From Nemertoderma westbladi (Eukaryota > Animalia > Xenacoelomorpha), in NCBI GenBank assembly GCA_032718475.1, contig JAUCBJ010000727.1, positions 1-64,000 of the forward strand: a stretch of DNA of 64,000 nt. The letters are read 5' to 3'. Under the pieces are notes generated by a model. That model did no database searches and was not told where the DNA came from. It saw nothing but the letters and a program-made list of their open reading frames with translations. The position numbers were made by a program, and so were the translations under genes. Shown one piece after another: positions 51,601 to 61,400 of this stretch. Numbering within the stretch: position 1 is the stretch's first letter; each line of letters opens with the position of its first letter.

Positions 51601-54600
51601 TAATTTATTTATTTGTTTTAGTTTGAAAACCGCAATAGTTTATCATATAACAAATAAATTTTTTGGGGATAAGGGTTTTTGAGGTCGATAAATCCGATGG
51701 GCGAGGTTACCTCCACCCGTTTAGTAGAGAAGTTGTGTAAATAAGGTCCTTATATTGTACCAGCAAAATTGGTATTAAAAATGGTTAAATTATTAGACAA
51801 ATTTAGGTTGCTCTGGAAACTAAATTGGTAACAATATAGAATTGCATACTTCTGTCAATCGATAGTCATTGGAGTAAAGTTTGTCTGTACCAAATTTGGA
51901 GAAAATCCCACCACTAGACCCCTTGTTGCTATGTAAAATCCATGTTGCTAAGGAAAGAAACAGCAAATTGAAAGTAATCCGCATAATATATTTTTATAGA
52001 CTTTTTTGGGGGTATTAACAAGGTAATTTAGAATTAAAAAAAATTGGTTTGGGTGAATTGCGAATTTGTTATGGGTTGACCCCCTTTTTCGGCTAGATTG
52101 ACTCGCCTAAATAGCACTATAACAGTTGCCAACCAGGAGCTAATATTGAAGTCCGCACTATACTGTAGTATAGCCTGTGTGACCGTTTTTTGAAAATTTT
52201 GCATCATCTTTTCGGTTAGAGTTCCGTATAGCACTACATTTATAAATCATATATCATTGATAACATGGCAACATTGAGGAGTTGCAGAACAATATAAAAG
52301 TATTATATACTATTCTAGAACATAAATACAATAAAAAATTTAATGTTCTAGAACATATAGCTCGATTTTTATTTTATCATAGCTAGTAAATAAAAATGAA
52401 ATATTTTTAAGTAAATTTCTTAACACTTCTAAATGAATATTTATATTGAATATGAATAATGAATATGAACATGAATATTTATTTATTTATATTTTTTTTG
52501 AGTTTTGAGTTTTTTTATTAAAATTTTTATTTTTAGTTTTATCACAAAAAATGCTCACACACTGGCTGTACTACAGTACAGTATTATTACTGCAGTGCCT
52601 AAATTCGTCATAAGATGAGTTTCAGCAAACCCGGTACCCGGAGACGCACCGACTACCTATCTCTCTCTTGGAGACATAGGGACTACCTCTCTCATTATTG
52701 GAGATGTACCGACTACCTCTCTCTCTATGAGACATACCTGGCTACCTCTCTCTCTATGAAACATACCTGACTACCTCTCTATCCATGAGACATACCTGAC
52801 TACCTCTCTCATTATTGGAGATGTACCGACTACGACTACCTCTCTCTCTATGAGACATACCTGGCTACACTTCTCTCTTGGAGACATAGGGACTACCTCT
52901 CTCATTATTGGAGATGTACCGACTACCTCTCTCTCTATGAGACATACCTGGCTACCTCTCTCTCTATGAAACATACCTGACTACCTCTCTATCCATGAGA
53001 CATACCTGGCTACCTCTCTCTCTATGAAACATACCTGACTACCTCTCTCTCTATGAGACATACCTGGCTACCTCTCTCTCTATGAGACATACCTGGCTAC
53101 CTCTCTCTCTATGAAACATACCTGACTACCTCTCTCTCTATGAGACATACCTGGCTACCTCTCTCTCTATGAAACATACCTGACTACCTCTCTCTCTATG
53201 AGACATACCTGGCTACCTCTCTCTCTATGAAACATACCTGACTACCTCTCTCTCTATGAAACATACCTGACTACCTCCCTCTCTATGAGACATACCTGGC
53301 TACCTCTCTCTCTATGAGACATACCTGGCTACCTCTCTCTCTATGAAACATACCTGACTACCTCTCTCTCTATGAGACATACCTGGCTACCTCTCTCTCT
53401 ATGAGACATACCTGGCTACCTCTCTCTCTATGAAACATACCTGACTACCTCTCTCTCTATGATACATACCTGGCTACCTCTCTCTCTATGAGACATAGCT
53501 GACTACCTCTCTCATTATTGGAGATGTACCGACTACCTCTCTCTCTATGAGACATACCTGGCTACCTCTCTCTCTATGAAACATACCTGACTACCTCTCT
53601 ATCCATGAGACATACCTGGCTACCTCTCTCTCTATGAAACATACCTGACTACCTCTCTCTCTATGAGACATACCTGGCTACCTCTCTCTCTATGAGACAT
53701 ACCTGGCTACCTCTCTCTCTATGAAACATACCTGACTACCTCTCTATCCATGAGACATACCTGGCTACCTCTCTCTCTATGAAACATACCTGACTACCTC
53801 TCTATCCATGAGACATACCTGGCTACCTCTCTCTCTATGAAACATACCTGACTACCTCTCTCTCTATGAGACATACCTGGCTACCTCTCTCTCTATGAGA
53901 CATACCTGGCTACCTCTCTCTCTATGAAACATACCTGACTACCTCTCTCTCTATGAGACATACCTGGCTACCTCTCTCTCTATGAAACATACCTGACTAC
54001 CTCTCTCTCTATGAGACATACCTGGCTACCTCTCTCTCTATGAAACATACCTGACTACCTCTCTCTCTATGAAACATACCTGACTACCTCCCTCTCTATG
54101 AGACATACCTGGCTACCTCTCTCTCTATGAGACATACCTGGCTACCTCTCTCTCTATGAAACATACCTGACTACCTCTCTCTCTATGAGACATACCTGGC
54201 TACCTCTCTCTCTATGAGACATACCTGGCTACCTCTCTCTCTATGAAACATACCTGACTACCTCTCTCTCTATGATACATACCTGGCTACCTCTCTCTCT
54301 ATGAGACATAGCTGACTACCTCTCTCATTATTGGAGATGTACCGACTACCTCTCTCTCTATGAGACATACCTGGCTACCTCTCTCTCTATGAAACATACC
54401 TGACTACCTCTCTATCCATGAGACATACCTGGCTACCTCTCTCTCTATGAAACATACCTGACTACCTCTCTCTCTATGAGACATACCTGGCTACCTCTCT
54501 CTCTATGAGACATACCTGGCTACCTCTCTCTCTATGAAACATACCTGACTACCTCTCTCTCTATGAGACATACCTGGCTACCTCTCTCTCTATGAAACAT

Positions 54601-55401
54601 ACCTGACTACCTCTCTCTCTATGAGACATACCTGACTACCTCTCTCATTATTGGAGATGTACCGACTACCTCTCTCTCTATGAGACATACCTGGCTACCT
54701 CTCTCTCTATGAGACATACCTGGCTACCTCTCTCTCTCTATGAGAAATACCTGGCTACCTCTCTCTCTATGAGACATACCTGACTACCTCTCTCTCTATT
54801 GGAGACGTACTGACTACCTTGGAGACGTACCCACTATCTCTCTCTCTATTGGAGATGTTCCGACTACCTCTCTCTCTATTGGAGATGTTCCGACTACCTC
54901 TCTCTCTCTCTTGGAGACGTACCCACTATCTCCCCCATCTCTCTCTCTGAAGACATACCTGGCTACCTCTCTCTCTATGAGACATACCTGGCTACCTCCA
55001 TCTTTCTTGGAGACATACCCACTATCTCCTCTCTCTCCCTCTCTCTCTGAAGACATACCTGACTACTACTCTCTCTCTCTTGGAGACATACTGACTACCT
55101 CTCACTCTATTGGAGACGTACCGACTACTACTCTCTCTTGGAGACGTACCCACTATCTCCTCTCTCTCTCTCTCTCTGAAGACATACCTGGCTACCTCTC
55201 TCTCTCTATGAGACATACCTGACTACCTATCTCTCTATAAGACGTATCGACAACCTGTCTCTTTATTGGAGACATACTGACTACCTCTCTCATTATTGGA
55301 GACATACCGACTACCTCTCTCTCTATTGGAGACGTACCAACTACCTCTCTCTCCCTATGAGACATATCTGACTACCTCTCTGTCTATTGGAGACGTACTA
55401 G

Positions 55402-55437
<36 letters not shown>

Positions 55438-58400
55438 GGCAATGTATCCGAGCTCGTTTTGGCATCAACACCAACAAGAAAATGATTAGGACAGGCGGGT
55501 TTATGATTTCCGGAAAAACAAACGAAAAGTTTTAGTAGTGTAGTATTGTAGCCTGGCCTATGTATTGCTGCTCCAAATATTGTACGACAATATCCAATTA
55601 TTTAGGGAAATTGCGAGCATTTGTTGTCTGCTGTGCCGGCTGTTATTGTTGTTAGCCTTGGGAATCGTGACAAATAATTAAAATATAGAGTAATATCGAC
55701 TTTATTGTTCGTTTATAATTCATAAGAGGCGTCGACCAATGCCTCTTAAACAGCATTTCTAAGTGCCGGTATGCCAAGTAATATTAAATGAATCGATTAA
55801 TAGTTGCAGGCCGGGTAGACTCAATTCTCTTCATTTCTCCACTAAATTGATTTCACCCCATTGAGAAACTATAATTAAATAATTTCGGGATATTAGCCTA
55901 CATACCCCATGCAATTTAAGTGACTAAGCATAGCGAATACTGGGTCTTGAGACTTGAGTGGGTGCAAGGCAAACAATGTTTCTACATTTTCACACAATTT
56001 TGCACAATAACTGACTTAAAGAAGATGTTAACACCATAAATCTCTTACTTTGTTTTTGATAAAAGAACCAGTGGCAATTGAATATTTGTCTGATATGTAT
56101 ATTTGGGGACGGGAAGTTATAATAAAATATTTTAACCAGCTTCATCTTTTCATATAGTTTGGCCTATTTTGTTTAAATATTCATATAATTTTCAAATTAA
56201 TTAGTAAAAATGTAAGTACTTAGTATTTCAGGCTAGGTATAGGATTAACAATCAAAACAAACCCCTCAACTCTCACTGCGACCTTATTATCTTTCCAATT
56301 CAAGGGAGTTTTTATTACATTAACGTGATGGAATCCGTGTAAATTCTTGTTCCAAAATGATACGAGGGCCTCTGGCTATGTGGCTGATCTTACACAACAA
56401 CTAATTATACTATACACAGGAGCAGGAATAATACGAATCGAAGTGCAATTACAAGAGAACACGTGCGAGCACGCCCTAATCAAATCAGTATTCAGGCCTT
56501 GAAATACATTGGCCCACGTTTCTTTTGTGAGCTCATGTATCTGTGCGGGGAATTACGGCGATCTTGTGTTCAGGTTATTTACATTTCATTATACAGCAGC
56601 ATCGCGAATCCTTCAGTTATCTCTTACGAGTACGACTCGGCTTACAAGTTGCAGAGCGCATTGCTGATAAATATTCAAATGAAATCTTTAGCAATAAATG
56701 GGTATAACGCCGCAATACCCACCCGGTGGTACTTTTGATGCAGGTTGCAGAGCCAGCCACATAACTTGTGTTTATATCAGGTTCTTGCACAGTGGTGCAG
56801 GTTGTGCAAACAATTTGCAAAAACGTTACTCATTGCATTTACCAAATAAACTAAATCGAGATCCCATGCGTGGAAGTGGACTGGAAATGTAGCAGTTTGT
56901 ATAACATCGGTTTGTAGACGAGATTTGTAAAGTTATACAATAATTAGGTAGGCTGCATTATTGATATGTCTGTCTGGTCTCCGTTAGTTAATCCCTTACC
57001 TTAAAGCAATTATGTTGAGGCTTGAGTGCACTTTTCTGGCAGCGATGTCACATCGACTCGCGCTTTGCATTACGTATCAAATTTACTTATTCCTAAAATA
57101 AAGAAACCATTTACAATGAGTGTTCTTATTTAAATCATTTCATCATTGTCACTTGTTGGGCGCAATTATTGACTTGATTGTACTTCAATGTTTATTAGTT
57201 GTAAAGATAATAATCTTTGTTATCAAGAATTTTACATCTGACCAACATGGTTATTTTATTAAAACAATAATCTCCACCACTTCCGCTGTGCTACAGTTTC
57301 CTCCCAACTGCGATTTGAATGCAGTATTTTTGACGAAGCATTCATTTAGTATTGCACCTTTATCACCAGGAGAGCTGGAGAACTGAAGTGGATTCCATTA
57401 GCTATTTGGCTGGTCGATGCCTGGAGTAGGAGGGTTTCAGTAATATTGCTGAGCGATTGAGTTGGTGGATTTGGTGAACCGCCACTTTGCACTAAATCCG
57501 GAACCAGGATAAAACTAGATAAACTGGAATGCCGTTGAGGCTGGAATTAGAGATAAGACAGCGGTTTGCGGGCCTGTAAACGCTATGCGTCGATATATAA
57601 ATCCTTTAAAATGTTGAAATAAGTGTTGTGGGAGCAAATACGAGAAAATGGGACTCTAATTTTCAGCGATCTAGGATTTCGCTTCACGATATCTGACACT
57701 TCAGCCATACGGATCCCGCTATGCGCGTTATGCCGCGTAATCTGTGGTTTCGCGGCGTGGCCCGAGCGTCTAAAGGGTAAAGAAGCTCCAATATGGCTTC
57801 ACAAGTACGCCCTTATATTCCGGTGGCTGACAGGCCCATGATCATTAGGGGAAGTACATGTAAACTAGGTAGGTGATGCTAATCTATACCGATACTACAG
57901 TGGAAAAGTGAAGTTCTAGTATATAGTGAGTGAAGTTTGACAAAATCGTTGTCATTAAAGTCAGAAAAATAACATGAAAAATAGAAAGATAATGAGATAA
58001 CAACATGGATGAGAGTGGCTGCGATAGTATATTAAACTGATGTACCGTATGCAATAGCCGAGGGTTTATAAATTGTTCCGATGGTTAAATAACACTTCTG
58101 AGGGCCAAATCACCGGTAAAATAACAAAACAACAAGGAATAATGGTAATTATTGTCATTGATTTATCTATATTGATGTAGAAACCGGAACAAGGCACCTA
58201 TTATTCACATAAAAACACCCGGCTCGTTTAATAAGAAGTATTCCCTATAATAAGTTAAAACAAACATATGAAGTGATTTTGTCAGATAGATAACAAAAAC
58301 CGCAATTAACGGAAACTTATCTGAGATTTATTACTTATATTTTAGATTTTGGATGGCTGGTACCGTTAAAATAGTATCTTCTTGAAAAATATCTGAGTTA

Positions 58401-61400
58401 TGCATGACTTTGTATCTATCTATTCTAAATTTTCGACTTTTGAGGAATTTTTTAATAATTAACTTAAAGAATACAGCAAGCAATCAGGTATATGAAAAAT
58501 CTTCACCAACATTCTGAATTTACTTTCCAAACAGTTTAATTATAAAAATAATAATTTTTAACAGCCATTTTAATATGTTATAAAGATAATTTTAACAAAT
58601 CTCAATATTACACACAAATTTCCAAATCTCCCACGTTAGTTACACGTCTTAGCTCACTCTCCTCGTGATAATGACAAAATGCAATTTGTAAGTCGGTCAT
58701 TCACATAGCTTATCTGTTATCTGGCTGCCTTCCCCAGCATTAAAGCCAACCCACAACAATTGAGGATCAATTCTTTTCCCATCTGTTTTACAACGATGCA
58801 ATGTAGTTTACATTATCATATTATAAATTGCCACGAGCGGTTGAAATTCAATAATTAAAAAAATTGAAATACCGTAATAACAAAGGAAAAAAGCTGATCA
58901 ATCGTGTTTTTGTTATGAAAAATTAGAAATGTAAATAAAATTCAAGTCCCTTTTGATACAGTTTAAATTCTGTGAAACAGGAAATATTTTTCTCTATCAA
59001 TTTCTATATTATTTATTCGTGTTGGGGGACGCTAAAATAAACCACTTTAATTTCCCTACTTCCCCGCATAAAAGTCAAACATTGGGCCATTCATAACCTT
59101 AGAGTTTATGACTGAACCTTTTGAACACATATAATTGTGAATAACCCGTTAAATATTCGATAACATGATGTAACCTTTCATGTACGGACAATTATTATTG
59201 AACCTGATAAATGTTAGCAGTTATTCGAACACGGAAATCTACATAGAAGAGAAATTTCTAACTAAATATAAAAAACAAATATACCGACAAAACAATGTCA
59301 AGTTGTTAGGCCGAGCCACTACAGACCGATTGACCACTCCACAATGATGCTGTTAGTGTCGCCGCTGTAATATATTAGTGATCTGTTGTTCTTTATATTA
59401 TTAATACTCACTGACCTTGTGTAAATGAGCTAAGGGCCGCTCCCTCCTGGTCCAGGTAAAGGTTCCCGAATCTGGGCGGTTCTGTTAACCTGTAAGTTAT
59501 CACGGAGTGATCGCTGTCTGGGTCGTCCGAACGTAATTCCCGGTCCGTAAAAGTATACCCAACCCGATTGTTTTTATCTTTTAGCTAAAATGTGATAAAT
59601 AAAATTAAAAGAAATTATCTTCTTCTATAAGATAAAAAGTAACGGAAAATTGCACTTTTTGTCACTATAACTTTTATTGACTGGAATTCAGTAAAATAAT
59701 ATCTGAATTTCGGTTAACTGAGATTAGTGACATGGGGTTCTTTCCGGGACGTTTTTTTCAGTCGGCCTACTGTATTATCATTGAAGCAATTTTTTTACAA
59801 AGTTACAATAATTTTCAATATATTACATTATTTTTTACGAATTATGTTATAAATAATTATACCAATTCAATCTCAGTCTCGGTGTATTCATATCCCGCCC
59901 AATTGTCAAATTATCAATGAAGGGAAAAGAGCAGGTTACAGTGGCAAGTTATCCCAACCAAAACAATACACTAAATTACTAAACAATGGGGGAAACCAGA
60001 ACGTTTTGCACTATGTGCTTAAATTTTAGTGAGAAAAAGTGTATTTTTTAGTTAAAACAGTTACTTAATGGCAGTTACTTAATGGCAGTTACTTAATGGC
60101 AGTTACTTAATGGCAGTTACTTCGTGGCACGTAATTCTAAGAAGGTAATAAACCAAAATCAATAACACAGGTTACAGTTAATTATTTGGTGGTAATCCTG
60201 TTATTTGCGTCGATTTTCCGCTGGAAAAGGTTAACTTTAGATTGTGTTAGCCCCCCTCGTATCTGACTCATTAAAACAACGCACCTCCTGCAATGATGAA
60301 GCCCCCAAATTAACACCAATCTCCGGAACGCCGTCGTTAACGGGTTCTACGTTAATCACCATTGTCTGTGAGGCAGTGGTCGGCTGCATGTACGGAAACA
60401 CTAGGAACATAACGTGTTTCTCGTCGACTACTTTGAAGGTAAACTGATCCTGGAGCGTCTCTGACCCGTCGTGTTGGTACTTTATTCGTTTCTCGTAGAT
60501 GTCCGACATGTAAATCTCGTGAACATTCTGAGAGTTTTCGTTCACTATCATCCCGTGCTGTGGCATCTCGTTGATGTAGATCTTAAGATCCTCGTCCGGG
60601 GAGTCGCGGTCCTCCACGGAGAGTATCAGCGGGGTTATAACCGCCCGGTCGCCTTCCTTGATGCTAAACTCTCCGATACGGACTACAGGTCTCACATTGT
60701 GAGGGTCGATAATGGCCAACTGGAAGACTCGAACCACCGTGCCGTCTGAATCAGAAACGTTAGTCAATTGGAGTTCGATAAAGTCCATCAAATCGACGGA
60801 TTTCTTCGTGTTCAAGTAAACAAGTTGTGGCGTAATTCCGACAACTTCGTCGCCGTAGAAAGTGTCAATAGACTCACGGAAGTTACTGTATCTCGCGATA
60901 ACGCCTTTTGAAGGTATTTTCGATAGAGTGAATCTATAATTGGCCGCGTTTTCGCCTAAGTCTCCATCTTTTGGAAGCAGGTCGGTTATGGGCAGGACGT
61001 TTTTCCAGAGTGGCGCCCGTCCATCCTCTCCGATTTCTATGCCGTGCTGCACCAGCGGCGATGCCGTTGAGCCCTTCTTCACGCGGATCCGGAAGTAGCG
61101 GTTGGCGAGGACGTTGACACCATCCGAGAGGTTAAACTGTATGACATCATCGCCGGTTCGTTGGCGATTGATGTGGAAGTATTGAATGTTGCGACTGTCG
61201 ATATCGGCCTGGGTGAAGGAGTCGCCGCTATGGATGGGACGGATGACGGTGCCGTTATTCGCGAGCAATTGGAGGACTCCGATTTGCGGTTCTCTCGTTA
61301 GAATAAAGGTGATATTGGAATCAAAAGAATCGATATCTGAAATTTAAATAACAAATAAAATATGAATCAGGTTTCAATTCAGGTTTATTACTAACAGTTA

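Noticed and set aside
52640-55400. ORFs and CRISPR-like periodicity in the 29-bp array
   Set aside because: Contiguous satellite monomers with no unique spacers; the ORFs are low-complexity translations.
34911-59415. Additional host exons or a second nested gene in the 24.5-kb intron
   Set aside because: The flanking exons join directly into the FTQ-VDID motif, and no ORF in the interval other than transposon remnants has recognisable domains; small or non-coding exons cannot be excluded.
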